Below are positions 1 to 13,633 of a stretch of 64,000 bases of DNA, one piece after another (the stretch's first letter is position 1; the number at the start of each line of letters is the position of its first letter). The notes below the pieces were generated by a model. The model was not told the origin of the DNA. It searched no databases and worked only from the letters and a program-made list of their open reading frames with translations. The stretch is from positions 99,512,001 to 99,576,000 of the forward strand of contig NW_024704742.1 in assembly GCF_018977255.1 (NCBI RefSeq). Direction: 5' to 3'. A program made the translations under genes and the position numbers. The DNA comes from Callorhinchus milii. Its lineage: Eukaryota.

Positions 1-49
1 GTACACCCACACTCTAAAGCTCACGTATTGTTACCCTGGATTGCGAGAG

Positions 50-300
50 ATAGGTTTTAGGATGAGTTTGTAGGCAGTGGGAGAAGAAGTGAAGCAAAGA
101 GGTTTTGAAATTTTTGAGGAGAGGGGCCAAATGGCTGAAGATTGACCATCAATGTTGGGACTGAAGATTGAGGAAAGAGCAATAGATCAGAATCGGAAGG
201 GCAGAGGGTTATATAGACAGCCTAGAGCTGGGTGGGATTACATAGGTGGGGAGAGGTGAGACTGTGAAGGGGTTTGAAGGTCATGATGAATCTAGAGTCT
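50..300 (-). mobile_element. Old L2 3' fragment
   Basis: The minus strand reads ...TFKPLHSLTSPHLCN..., similar to L2 TYKALHGLAPPYLCD; the plus strand is purine-rich. Confidence 0.55.
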
Positions 301-451
301 GTGGTCCAGTGCTCAAAACTAAAGTCAAATCCCCAATAGATCCAAAAACGCAAAGGCAGTTTATATTAGATGTTTATATCCAAGTGCTTGTACATTCTGC
401 AGAATTCAGACACAAAGTTTACTTTCCTAAGTACAAGTGAACGCTTTAGCC

Positions 452-1369
452 CAGAGGTTCTCAACCTTTTTGGGCTCAGAACCCATTTGTAAACATGAGA
501 GCCCGTAGCGACCCAGTAAATAGCTTGAGTGCAAAAAACATCTGTTTTACTAAATATTTCTTACCCACGATATATTAACTGCACCTTAACATAATAAGTA
601 CTAAATGCAGCAAATATTAAAATATAGTACTTCAGTATTTGTAATATAAATCCTAGGTTCCACTTAATGAGAAACCTAAGCTTGAGTTTATCAGTTTGGT
701 GCCATTGTAGCCAGGGCAATCTGAAGGTCATGCTCAAAAAACAATCTGTTCCTGCTTTTATTTTTCATTTGACTCAAGGCTGAAAATCCTGTTTCACAGA
801 AGTATGAAGCACAAAATGGCAAAATAACTCTAATGGCATGGCTAGCCAGAGCGGGATATTCACCTGCAGCACTACACCAAAGCTGGGAAAGACTCATTTC
901 AGTATATTTTCTCTGTAGACTGCGATCGCAAAATAACTCGATCCAGCTGAGATTCTTCCTCCAAAGGCAGACTCTCGTTTTCCAACATGACTCCAAATGG
1001 AGCAGATTGAGGTTCCAAACAGCTACTACTCTGTTCATATTAATTCAATGAATGGCCTTTGTAATTAACAGCCGGCCAAGACAAATCTTTACAATTGCCG
1101 GTTGTTGTTGAATGTTGAGCGTTCAGAACCTACGGTCCGTGCAGTAGAAGATCATGAACAGATTTTATTGAAAAGGAGGATAGCAAACTAGAAATGACAT
1201 TACATTAGACTGAGATAAGCCACACACCGTTAACGTAGCACTAGTGGCAGTCATTAATTTCTTAAAAATTGCAAAGTGCATATTTTGTTTCAAAATCTGT
1301 TCACGACCCTTTGACACAGTCCGGTGACCCCCAAATTTTGGGTCCTGATCCACGGGAAGAGAAACCCTG
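452..1369 (-). mobile_element. Internally deleted hAT DNA transposon (Charlie/Buster-like), non-autonomous
   Basis: Perfect 8-bp TSD CTTTAGCC at 444-451 and 1370-1377. Imperfect TIRs CAGAGGTTCTC / CAGGGTTTCTC. Carries a hAT C-terminal dimerisation-domain remnant. Confidence 0.9.
664..960 (-). pseudogene. hAT transposase C-terminal remnant
   Basis: LSQLWCSAAGEYPALASHAIRVILPFCASYFCETGFSALSQMKNKSRNRL..EHDLQIAL fits the hAT dimerisation motif (W...YP.L...A...L.PF...Y.CE.GFS....K.K.RNRL). A decayed QA*VSH* terminus follows at ~664-685. Confidence 0.85.
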
Positions 1370-4300
1370 CTTTAGCCAATACTTCAAAATGTAGCGAAAT
1401 AGCATGGCAATAAATACAGAAAAACAGAAATATTTTAGCCAGACTGGTTACATGTAGGAGGGGGTGGGGTGAAGAGATTCTATAACTGGCTTTAAATATC
1501 TCCAGGCCTGTGTGTGTGTGGGGTGGATGGGGGCGGAGGGGGTGGGGGAAAAGAGAAAGAAAGAAGGGGATAAAATATACATGTCCGCCTGCACATACAA
1601 ACACAATCCAGGATTTCTCTTCCCTTTCTCTACCCAGTGATCCCTACCCTCTCACCTTACTGCTGTTACAGATGGCGAATATTAATTATAATAATAATCC
1701 TTGCAATTGATACAGTGCCTTAAGTACGCTGTGGAACTCAAACACACTATTGCCGTGCGGGAACCAGGAGCACACTTGGGGCAGGGAGGGATGATTTCCC
1801 CACAGCCAGTTATTGACTGGTACTTTACCAGGAGTAGAAAGACAAAAATTTAGATAATTAGCACATTGAACGCAGCATTTTACTCCCCGCCGCCCATCCA
1901 AATATGTAGCATGTTACAATTGCTGAAACCCTTCACTGGAGCCTATCCCCCGTACCGCCCTGGAATCATACGAGGAGCTGTTACAGCCCATTGTGCAATG
2001 AAAATAAAGAAGCCTTGTGAATGGAAAGCAACAAAAGTGCTTATTCAAACGTAGTTATGCTGCAAAGGCAAAACTCCAGTTTATGCTCTCTGTACCCTGG
2101 AGCGATTTCTAAATACCACACCAAACATAAAAACTTTCAGTCTGTCAATGAGGATTTTTCTTCATCCCCACCCACCCCACACACACACAGTAAATGTTGT
2201 TTACAAATAGCTGCTTTTGTTCGCTTATATTCCAAAAATAAAAGTCATTTGATTAATCCCATGAGCTGAACTTTGAACTCTTCCTCAAGAACCGCCACTC
2301 TCTGTAAATCACACACACAATTGAATATCAATACCCTATCCATATTAATAAGCCTCATTGGGCGACGCGGCTGAATGGGAAACGGTCGCAGTGCAGATCT
2401 TCTTTCCACCCCTCCCCTTCCCCCACCTCTACTGTCACTGCAGTGATGCCCTTGCCTGCAGCCTGGCCTACTCACGCTGCCACCCTTCCATGCGGCTGCA
2501 CATCAATTATCAAAGCACTCGAAGCAAGGTTTTCATCTCGCCTGCCATGGCCGCTTCCTGCAGCTCCATTAATTACTAGATTGCTGTAACTGTTTACTGC
2601 GAAAGACTGTGCACAATCCACCCAACCTAAGGCTGTCTGACAGGTTGCCAAGAGCCAGTCAGTCTCCCCACACCCTCCCCCCACCCTCCCCTACAAATGC
2701 AAAATACAAAAACCTTGTAAATGTTCATAGTGTTTGGTGTGTGTGTATGTATGGGGTGGTGGTGGGGGGGGGGGGGGGGGGGAGGGGGAGAGAGAAGCAT
2801 TTTAATTTGTTTTTAAAACACAGCCATTTGTCTTCTTTCATTTCCTTCCCTACCAAATTGCCACACGGATTGTTACTGCTCTAAAGGGCGATCCATTAAA
2901 ATGTAAATTCCAGGTTTCTGAACAAAAACTTGCCAACATGTTAATCTGACCCATCGCTGTGAATACCTGCAACATTTGCATTTTTTATTTACACATTGCA
3001 TCCTATTTTCTCACAAATTCAATTTATTCAGACAGAAACTAACGCCTCGGCAATTGTTCATCACGCAACAAGGCTCTTTGAAAAACCTCTTCTGTACCAT
3101 TGAACATTCCCAGTAGGCACCTTCGCACAAGGCAGTCAAAACTGAACACATTGGACAGATTCTGTCTAATGTGGCTAATTTATTTTAATATTAAAAAAAC
3201 ACATTTTTGTGTAGAAGTCTTATTAACAACCAAGAAAACTGGAGCTCTAAAGAGTTGCTGCCTCTCACCGAAGCTGTCATAAGCTTCTAACGTGTTCAAA
3301 ACCCCATTAATATTTTTTAAAAATGCTGTACAATTTGTGCCAGCCCTCTCAATGCTTCCAAGCAAAACAAAAGCATTCATAAGCCCAGCTGGCAGCTAGC
3401 TCGTGTTGTCCCGTATCATTGCTCTCTTAACCAGCTCTTTATTATAGCGGCTAGTGTGAAAATTTAAGAGAGTGTATGCAGAAAAAAATGCTTTAAAAGC
3501 AGGTTTTAAATCTTAAGTCGCCTTCATTGCTGCAACAAAATAAAACACACAGAAAATAATAAGGGCTTCTTAGACTTCAGAAGATGTTTTTGTTGTTTAA
3601 ATTAAAAAGTCCTTTTGGCCTTCATAACCATTGCAGTTAATAGCTCAGGGTAACACTTTGTCCTCTAGAACAAACCCTAATCTTTTAAAACGTTCTGCGA
3701 GAACAGCTGAGAGCACAAATACATTCTGTAATGAAAGTATTTGAACAAGTCGAGGCAGCAGGGAAAGGAAAAGACTCCGGAGGACATCAAATTGAAATTT
3801 TACGGGCATTTTAAAAATTGTTGAGGAAAAGGAGATTACCGTGTGCTAATGTTGACTGATCTTCCTTTAATCTTGGTTTAAAATCGTAATTATATGATTG
3901 GGTGAAACCCCACTGACAGCTGCAGTCACAGCTCCGAGGTGGGCTTAAAGGAGATACACACAACACAGCTACTGTACTTGAGGAGCCTGTTTTGGGTTCA
4001 CCAATGTCCCGTATCGTATTTCAACGCTGAGTTAAGAGTTACTTCAAACAGCAGGCGAAGCAAACACACACGCACACATAGGTTTCTGGTGTGTGCCTTT
4101 CTTTTTAACTTCAAATAAATTCTGCGCATTGCCCACAGTAAGCCAGGCGCCTGCCCCTGCCTCTCTCTGCCCCGTCACAGCGGCTCTGCCTCGCATTCCA
4201 AAGTTCTTTATTCTCAGCATAAAATCCAGCTACAAGTATTTCAATCATGTGCTTAGAGACCAGAGGTTTTCTGTAAACAAGACTAATGGAGTGCAACTAA

Positions 4301-7300
4301 TAGACTTCTCCAGGACCATGGTTAGTTAACAGGGCCTTTGTCAGGAATCACTGAAGCACAGTCAGTCGTCTTTTGCTTGGATGGTGGAAAGAGTACCAAT
4401 CCAGGAAAAGCTTTCCCTTTGCTAGTTACGGATTGACTGGCCTGAATATGCGTCAGCATTATACAACCAACACCATATCTTGCTCACAGAGCACAAGTTC
4501 TAGAGAAACCCAACTCTATTTAGCACAGGCTCCCTCAGGTTCACACGCAATACAATACAATTCTACAGCGTTAATTGACCTGTTATATGCTTTTACAATG
4601 CAATTGGGTAAAATTATTTTTGCGAGAAAAAGATCAACAAAGCTGATCCGCGCCAAACAAAAGCAAAGGAATGAATGAATGAAGCATAGAGGCGAGATGG
4701 GGCAAGTGAGAAAGGCTATGCAGAGTTCCCGTTATGGCTTAGTTAGTAAAAGCACAGAAGGATCAGAAGGATAATTACCGTGCCGATCAGAAGGATCCGT
4801 GTACGATTCAGTCTGTGCAGTTGGGTGGGGAGAGGGAGGGAAGAAATAGGGACAAGGGGGAACTATTATTAGTTTTAAGGCTTCAAGACGAGTAAGACAG
4901 GGAAGGAGCAAAGAGTGATTGCTATTTATTGACTCCTGTAGGAAACAACACGTACAGACAAGATTGGTCTCTGCTGTGAAGTCCTCCACAATCAGAATAG
5001 TCCGTAGCTTTCAGTCCTTGTGACGTGAAAGGCGCTGTATAAAAATGTAATTTGCTGTTGTGGACACTCAATAGTCTAAACTCACGCGAGTGACATTATG
5101 GTCATTTGAAGGACTTTGAGATGTATCACTATAACAAATGCAAGGAATATTATTATTATTTTTACCAAGAGGGGAGACAATTGGCCCCAAAAATTCTTAT
5201 ATTATTGGCATCATGCTCGTCAACTCATGGCAACAGCTTACGGAGGAGGTGGGGGGGGTTTCATATTTTATCACCAGTGACAGTTATCACAACCAATTTT
5301 ATAGTCAACAGTTGTCGATAATTACCGACTGGCCGGGGAGTGGGGTCAACCACTGACTGCATTGAACCACATAGAGCATTTGGTAGATGTGATGATTTTC
5401 ACCAGTATCACCCCCTACCCACACGGTGTGCTGACTGCACTGGCTCCCTCCATATCCTCCTCCAGATGTACGCCTTAATCAACAAGGTGTAACTAATGAT
5501 TCTTGGGTCGTCCCCTCTTTTTGTGGATCATAACAAATCCTTCAAAAGCTTTTCACGGTGTTTATCCAAGGCACTTCAATCTGTCCCTCCAGGTATTGCT
5601 AGGCTCTGACAGAATCGCCGATCCTCAGTAGCACTTTTTACTTGTTTTTTTTATTTGATTTTTGAAAAGCGATGCCGTGAAGCAAGGATAATCATTACAT
5701 TACGAGTGTCCGCACTTTTCACCTCAATGATTTTTTAATACGGTCCATTCTTTTTCCTTTGCCTGTGCTATAAGCCACATTTTCTAGCCCCACTGTAGCC
5801 TTGGTGAAACTGGTAAATTTTCTTGTACAGTGCGCTGCTAAATATTTTATGTCCCTTCGCATTCCAGATGTTCTGCAGTTCATAAAATGCCTGGTGCCTC
5901 GTTCAACTCTAAAAGTACATCATTACTTAACACAGGTCCAAGATGCGTAACATTTTCCACCTTTCCAGAGTGTTGTTATCTGGAACCCAACCAGCTGGAT
6001 ATTGTGTATTCTCCTGGACGAAAGCCTTGGATTAATATAAAGACTTACGGTGCCAGATACATGGGCTTAACTGCTTATTGACCTCTGAAGACTATTTTAC
6101 ACTGGAAGTCATCTGGAAAATTAAAATCAGGAACGCAACAAACTCTGCAAGTTCTACTTCATTTAAAGGCCAGCAAGAGAGCAGAAATGCTTTCCTATGG
6201 ATGGAACGATCGAAGGAGCCTGTTGGGAAACTAGCAACTGAGAGAAGGTAGTTGGGGGTAGAAGGTGGGGGGCTACATCACTACTGCATTATTATCTTTC
6301 AGTCAATACACAGAAGCATCAACTTTATCTTGACAGTGATTGGAAGTTAAAGCTACGTTCGAACTGTATGACAACATTTATTCTTAAATTATTTTGTTTT
6401 ATTTTCAACAACGTTCCAGATTTTTCTTCAGAAATCAGGCTTTACTAAATGCTACAAGTTCAGCGTAATAATGCTCCAGTGGAACTCCGTTATAACATGC
6501 TAAATTTTTTTTGGAGGTGGGGGAGCATGCAGATGTCCATAAAATCCCAACTGGGACTGGAACAAGCCGCGATCTCCAGTCAGCGTTTCCACATTTAATG
6601 CACAAATGCGCAGAAAGCTGGCTGGAGTTTTGAAGCGAGCCAGACGCCTCCCTGCATTTAATGAAAAGTAAATGCCATATAAGAGAACCCACTCCGTCTC
6701 AGTCACTGGTTTCCGATTGGTAATCCTTTCTCCAAAGGAGCCAAAGGAGGGAGATTAAAGTGCCACAGCCTTATGTCCCTGTGTGACTTGAACACACACA
6801 AAGGACTGGGTGGCCTGCTGTACTTTCTTTCCCCCAACGCGGCCAGCCAGGAAGTAAACGGTCATCTTATCAGGCATTCACAGAATTCACATTTGCATCG
6901 GTGGAGATTTAAAATGCATACTTAGCAGTTACAGTAAATATTTTCCTGAGCAGCATGCGTGCAATGATATTTAACTACTAGGAAGGTTGCATTCCTTCCA
7001 GCAATGGTGATTTATAGATAAAACTCGAACCACGTGAATGCCATCCAGGAGTAAAGCAAGGTTCCTGTATAAATTATTGATTGCACTTTGCCCTTATCTC
7101 AAACATTGGCCCTAGAGCTGATAAGCTGAACTCTGATGGCACATCAAGCCCTTACAGAAGAGGCAAGAACATTATTGCTTTGCACTAGGGACTGTAGCGT
7201 GAGAGCCAATCAATCAGCCCTGTGACAGCTTTTACAGCCTCTTTAAGCGGCCCAATTTGGCCTGCAAGCTTCTTTTGTTCATTTTTCTCTTTCCACTCTG

Positions 7301-7661
7301 CTAAGGTCAACCCTTGTGGAAGTTTACTGAGACAAAGCGTTAAAAGAAATCTTGCATCAGAATGATTGTCAGATAAAGTCTTTACTTCAAGGTGCATTGA
7401 ACGTAAATAGGATGGAATTACTGAACCGATTTTTTTTGCTGCTGCAGTAAAAAAATATTGCTGCTTGGAAATGATACATCAATTGTGAAAAGGTTACATT
7501 AACATTTCAGATATTGTTTCCGCTCTTTCTCCTCTGTTAAGACGTTCAAGAGTGAAATTGCAGTCAGGTGGAAACAAACCGTTTTACTGTAGATTTGCTT
7601 CAATACCTGAGCCAAATGAAATAGCAGTTTGGGAGTGAGAAAATACCTGCAATTTGACAAA

Positions 7662-8099
7662 TTAAGTTGGTGGCACTCTCACCTCTGAGTCAGAAAGCTG
7701 TAGGCTCAAGTCCCGTGTACAGGGACTTAGTGATCATTGTGTAGGGCTCCAGGCTGACACTGCAGTGGAGGGCTGGAGGAATGCTGCACTGTCAGAGGGC
7801 TTTCCCTCAGATGCAATGTTAAACCCAGGTCCTGCCTTTCTATTCAGATGGACGTCAAAGATCCTGTGATACTATTCAAAAATAAAAAGGAGTTTCTCCT
7901 GGTAACCAGGGCCAACAATCCCCCAAATAAAATGACCCATTCGCCTCCTGGCCATTTGTGGGACATTACTGGTGCAAGTTGGTTGCCATGTTATCCTACA
8001 AATACACAGCGGCTACACTTTACAGTAATTACTGTGGAGCACTTTGAAACGTTTCAACGTGATAAACCGCTGCACTAAATGCAAGGACTATTATTATTA
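7662..8099 (+). mobile_element. Deu-domain SINE (SacSINE1/AmnSINE1-like)
   Basis: tRNA-like head (gcactctcacctctgagtcagaa), Deu-like core tgctgcactgtcagagg...atgttaaacccagg...gatggacgtcaaagatcc...actattc...ggccaac, and the shared 3' tail. Family assignment is from memory of the consensus. Confidence 0.8.
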
Positions 8100-8144
8100 A
8101 CCAAAGCTGGTAGCAACTTCAATCTCCCATTGATGTTGATTGTT

Positions 8145-8395
8145 AGGAAACCTGACACGTTGGCTCCGTTGTGGCAAGCCACTGCCCAATGGGAAACTGC
8201 AGTCACACAGACCTGGACAGTATCAGCTTCGATCCTTGGTTTGTGCTGGGCTTGATTTCAGCCGTGGCAACAGGAGGAATGCAAGTGACCCCCAGAGCTA
8301 CCTGCCAACAGGGCAGGCCTCTGCTGGAAAGTCTGCATTTGCTGACTTTGGTAATGAGGTCAGAATAAAGCTGGGTTGTGACGCTCCCTACAGGC
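8145..8395 (+). mobile_element. LF-SINE-like relic
   Basis: ttcgatccttggtttgtgctgggcttgatttcagcc...cctctgctggaaagt...tgaggtcagaataaagctgggttgtgacgctccc resembles the LF-SINE consensus as I recall it. Confidence 0.65.
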
Positions 8396-10439
8396 ACATT
8401 TTAGGTTGAGGACGGGAGGGGAAAACATTTGGTCCGGAAAAAAAACATTTGTTTACGCAATTGCCCAACACATGCAGAAACCATCACAATGCTTAATAAG
8501 GGAGGGAGGGGTAGGGAAATGAGAACCCGAGATCATAGTAGCTCGAGCACATGCTCTGAGGCTCTAATGGTTTGAAGCACTTCCTCCAAATGAAATAAGA
8601 AATAGTGAGGATAAAATGGGCCATTAAACAATTGGAACTGATGGGATGCGGCTTGGAGTATTCTCCGTATGGAAGAGTGTTGCAAGGCAAGTCTCAAAAC
8701 CTTTGTAGGGACTGATCCTGTAGAAGAATAAAGGAATGTAATAGTTTTCTTTACTCCAGATGGGTAGCGCTGTATTAATATGTAACAGCCCAATTCATGT
8801 AACCGTTTGCTACAACAAAACTAAATTTAAAAAGAAAACCTATTAAATTTCAGCTTGAAACCAGCAATCAGAAGCGCTTGAGTAAGGGCACAGATGCTGC
8901 CTGCAATAAGCTGAAGGCAGCTGACAGCTCTCATCCTGCCTTGTTTCGGTGCCTGTCACACCTGCTCCATTTGTTGTGACCGAGTCCTCCGATAAGAGAT
9001 GACAGCTCATTTCAGCAAACCTGTCAGCCGCTGAATCTGTGCAATCACTGCGAGGCAAAGGAGGGAATCCGCATGCCAGGAATCATTCCGGGAATCATTC
9101 CCGGCTTCCGAGTCTCATCTGCCAGCAATTAAACGGCTTGTCCTCCACAAAGGACTTCTCGGCAATTTGTGTGCGAGTGAACTGAACTTGTGTTTTTCTT
9201 GGCATGCGAGACAGAGAGGAACCGAGTGTGGGTTGTCTGACACGTCGAAACGGAAAGAACGAGAAAAATGCTGATGTATTTAGCTTTGCAATGCGGCTCT
9301 GGTGTAACTTACAAAACCCACTTGTAATAACTCCACAAGCAAATGAGTGGACGTCATTTACAAGATGCCATCCAGTTGGCAAGGAATATTAATATTAATC
9401 CACGGCTGGCTTCCTGCTCTGGGGCAATGCTGGGCTCGCTGCAATTTGAAGGACAGAAAGGATTCAGTAATCCACATTTTCTATTTCGCTTCAGTTTAAA
9501 GTCGCGGCTGAAGTGAATTTATTATTGCGCGCACACAAACTGAATTTAATTGCGTGTTGCTTGTAGTATCCTCGAAGATCGGATGGATCGTATTTACACA
9601 GATTAGTTGAATTCTACCGGTCAAAAGGACAAGAGCTTCCATCTGTCAAATCCCCCAGATACATATAGAGCAGCCAGTCTCCTTAGATGTCACTCACATC
9701 CCAGTCACCACTTGTAATGGAGAGGGGGAATTTGGGGGTGGGGGTGCTGAATGTAGAGTCTAAGGCAAAGCATGAGGCACTGAAACATGTCAGCAACTGG
9801 TAAAGCAGAAGAGGTAAACCTCAGTGTGCGAAGTTTATAATCTGACTCACAATGATGGCAGCCTCACTCACTGGGTCTCGCTCGCCCAGATACTGTGAAT
9901 TTAATGAACAGCCAGGTTCAACAGTGCTCAGAAGAGCCAGCTGACATCAGTAGTACACAGGTTCCACTCAGATGCTGAACCTCAGCAGAGTTGTCATTTC
10001 TCTCGAATAAATTTACAGATGTTCGGCAGGAATGGCTATAAAAAGATCTTCTTTTAAAAAAAAGCCAATGGAGCAGAAAGCCATTACACCAATGAATGTA
10101 AAACTGTAGCAGCCCTTAGGCAATTTTACTTGAAAATGATTGCACATTTTTATACTGTATCTTCAATCACAGACTACATTATATTTCAATGCCAAGCAAG
10201 GTACCTGCAGTTAGGAACAGAAGCAAATTGTATCAGAGCTTCAAAACACTGCACTTCCTTTACTGCGGAGAAAACATCGCTGGGAATAGTGAAGGAAGCA
10301 AGCTGTTATTGCTTGAGCATTCTTTATTCAATACTTATCTATTCAGTCAGGGCTACATGGACACTCAAAATCCAAATAAACCTCTTCCATTGCATCGAAA
10401 AATAACTTGCAATAAGATACGGTTGCTTTAGCGGAAAGA

Positions 10440-11290
10440 TAAGAGCGCACGCAACTCGAGAGACAACTCTGTAGCTACAGTGTTAGTCAGATCGTATCTG
10501 GAGTACTGCAGGCTGTTCTGTTCACCTCATCTTAGGAATGATAGCATGATCCTTCAGAGGGTGCAGAGGTCATCAGGTTGCCCACAACAACAACAAAATT
10601 ACATTTATAGAGCGCCTTTCACGTCAGGAGGACATCCCAAAGCTCTGAACAGTCAGATGTCGGGGCCCGAGCATGGGGGAGAGGTGGTGTAGGGGTGAGG
10701 GAAGGCAGAGAGGTGGGAGGGAGACCAAAGGCACGGTCGAAGAGAAGGGTCTTGAGACCGGTCTTGAAGGAGACAAGGGAGGAAGCGAGGCAAAGGGACC
10801 GTGGGATGGAGTTCCAGAGTGTGGGGGCAGAGAGGCTGAAAGCCCGGACACCGATGGTCGGGCGGGAGACATGGAGCAGACCAGAGCCCGCTGAACGGGA
10901 GGGAGTACGAGGAAAGGTTCAGGCTGGTGTGTGCTATTTCTCTTCAACAAAGAGGAGACAACAGGATTTTTCATAAAGGAAACAGGCAATGTTGATCCAG
11001 GTAATTTGTTCATTTTAGCAAAGGGTGTTCAAACATCAGGGGGCACAAAATAAAACTGAGAAAATGGCAAAAGTTTTTTTTTAAAATCAACTAAAACCTC
11101 GCCTTAACACCTGCTTCTTTGACCGTGCCTACAGTCATCCGCATCTTCACCCCCGATCACCCCCGATCAGCAATTAAATCCATTAAGATGTAAAAGACGA
11201 GAAATTATATATTTTTCCAATAGGGTTTTGAACGGTTACCAGTGGACTGGAATTACGATAGTTTGTGCTGGAAATGGGGCTTGCTGGACA
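10440..11290 (+). mobile_element. Old CR1-clade LINE 3' fragment interrupted by the L2 copy
   Basis: LVRSYLEYCRLFCSPHLRNDSMILQRVQR resembles the CR1 motif LVRPHLEYCVQFWSP...LERVQRR. Decayed CR1-like sequence resumes after 10920. Confidence 0.65.
10585..10915 (-). mobile_element. L2 3' fragment (same family as 55625-57383)
   Basis: The reverse complement matches the 3' ~330 nt of the 55.6-57.4 kb L2, including gacgtgaaaggcgctctataaatgtaat and the (TGT)n tail. Confidence 0.88.
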
Positions 11291-11329
11291 TAAGGCCAGG
11301 AGCTAGATCACTTTCCAAAACCAAATAAC

Positions 11330-11530
11330 AGCTCGCATTTATATAGAGCCCTTTGCTGAAGTAGGATAGTGTCTCGGTGGCATGCTTGGAGGGAAGGGGG
11401 AAGGAAAAGGTGACTGTGGGCGTGGTCGAAGAGGTTGNTTTTTTGCGTGGAATTTAAAGATAAAGAGGGTAAAGGAGAGGGTTCAGGAAGGGAGCAAACA
11501 TATTTAAACACAGGACACAAGCTATGTGCA
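11330..11530 (-). mobile_element. Old L2 3' fragment
   Basis: gcatttatatagagcc tail signature followed by gtggtcgaagagg...ttaaaga, resembling the L2 3' end. Contains the single ambiguous base n at 11438. Confidence 0.55.
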
Positions 11531-13520
11531 AAGAGCTCCATAGTGGCCAATCTGCTGGGTTTCATATAGCCCACATTTGTTACACGTTAGAACAAAAGAG
11601 TACAAATTACAACACATTCTGTAACACTGGAACTGTAAACCAACAGCTGAAAGAGAGCTTGGAAATATAATTTCACTTTGCTCAACCATGGGTGGGTTGC
11701 CCCTGAAAATTGCCTTTAATCTCCTAAAACAGCATGACGCAAAACAAAAAACAAATAAAGAGTTTTATTCTTTCTCAGACACTCGTGCGAGGCGAGCGCC
11801 CTTCTGTTATATTATTAAAGAATCCATGTCCTAGTTCCGTTAGTTATTAACCCCACTTTACAGTCTCTGCAGATATATGGAGTGCTGAGCGTTTATTTGA
11901 CGCCGTCAGCAAGTGGTGTGTGGGGTAGAATACAGTCCCTGCACAGGGAGGCAAATGGTCTGCTTCACAGACTTTGCACCATACCAATTAAAAATCACTT
12001 TGGCCATACCTGGAAAACTTCACTTATGTTTATTGTTTATTAGTGAGCCATTCAGGCACCCACCCGGGCATTCACAAATACAGTATGTGAGGGAAAAAAA
12101 ATTAGTTACTAACGCAATTAGCTGCCAGCCTGCTTTATCTAGAAAGACGCATTACAAAAAATTACACTGTTATACACTGACCCACGGCGAACATACCAGC
12201 AAGCTTTCATGTACCCCTGAAGCTGGAATTCTGCCAAATCGCTTTCCATGCCCTCAGTGCAGGGAGAACAAAAAAATTATGGATGATCTGGACTAACAGC
12301 CTTGCGGTAAACTAAAACATTCCTGCTGCTAATGTGAAAATGTATTTTCTCCTGGTGTGTGCGCATATACGTTAGACCTTTGTGAATTGCGTGCTCTTTG
12401 TGCTGAAGTGGTACCTTGGCATCTGTGCCGTTTTGCAGGATGAACCCTTGCAGAGTGATGGGCTCTCTCCTACCAAGTCAGCACAAATTACTCAGCAGAT
12501 TCTCACCAGGCAATTATTTACACAGCCAAGAGCTGTTGCCACTTGAGTGTGAAAATAGGAGACTTTCAATTCCCAAGAGGCTTTTTTTTTCCTGCATAAA
12601 CCTGCTTCAGTGTTTGAATGCTTGTAATTGTAATCTATCACTAACCACTGTATCTACACAATGACGTTTTGAATAATCAGAAGATAAACAAGAGCATGGA
12701 TTGTTTCCGAAAATAGGTGTTGATATTACCGGGGTCCAATGCTGTAGTCTACTGCTCAAAGCCATTAGCCCTGCCCAAATTCACCATTTTGATCCAAACC
12801 TTTGATTAAAACTTTGAGGAACGATACAGATAATATTTGGACCCTGCACTCACCCAAAAATTGAGCTAAACTCCCAATAGCACACTTTGTACCGATGCCA
12901 GTCCCACTGCAGTCGTGTCTAGCTCCATGCTCAAACGAGCCACATACATTGTGCAGATGCCAAAACTCTAATGTAAGCACATGCCTCGCCTTGACCTTCA
13001 ATGCTGACCCATATGAACACACCATAAAACCACAGAAATTTACAGCACAAAAGGCAGCCATTCAGCTAATAGTGTCTGAGCTTGCTGCCTGGCTGGCTCT
13101 TTTAAGTGCAATCCTTTCAGTCTCATTTACCTACCCTTTCTGCACATCCCTATAGTGTGGAAAGCGAGCAAAAGAGCAGGATTAGACTAGTTGGCTAATA
13201 TGGAGGATTAACATCAGTACAGACTTGATGGTCTGAATTGTCGGTTTTAGTACTACAACCAGATGCTCACTGGAAGATCAAACCCAGTGAAAGATCAAGC
13301 TATGTGCCCCAATTACTGGACATTCATTTCATCCATGAGAAGTTTTTTCAAAGACTTTGGCTAATCTAATCATGGGCTCCACCGTGCTGAATTCATACAG
13401 CAGATCCCCAGTTGGAGCAATACCAACAAGAAACCATTTTCCCAGTGGGACCATGTAGCTCCATGATATTTTTTATTGCACTTTCTGACAGTTGGCAGTG
13501 AAATTGAAGGATAGGAGAGT

Positions 13521-13633
13521 CTGCTGCCACAAAATATATAGTCAATTCATTTTACAGTATACCTTGTGAAGCGCTTTGAGACGTCTTGAAGACGTGTTAA
13601 GGCACTAAATCAAATGCAAGGATTATTATTATT
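13521..13633 (+). mobile_element. SINE 3' tail fragment
   Basis: gtcaattca...tgtgaagcgctttgagacgtc...caaatgcaaggattattattatt. Confidence 0.85.
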
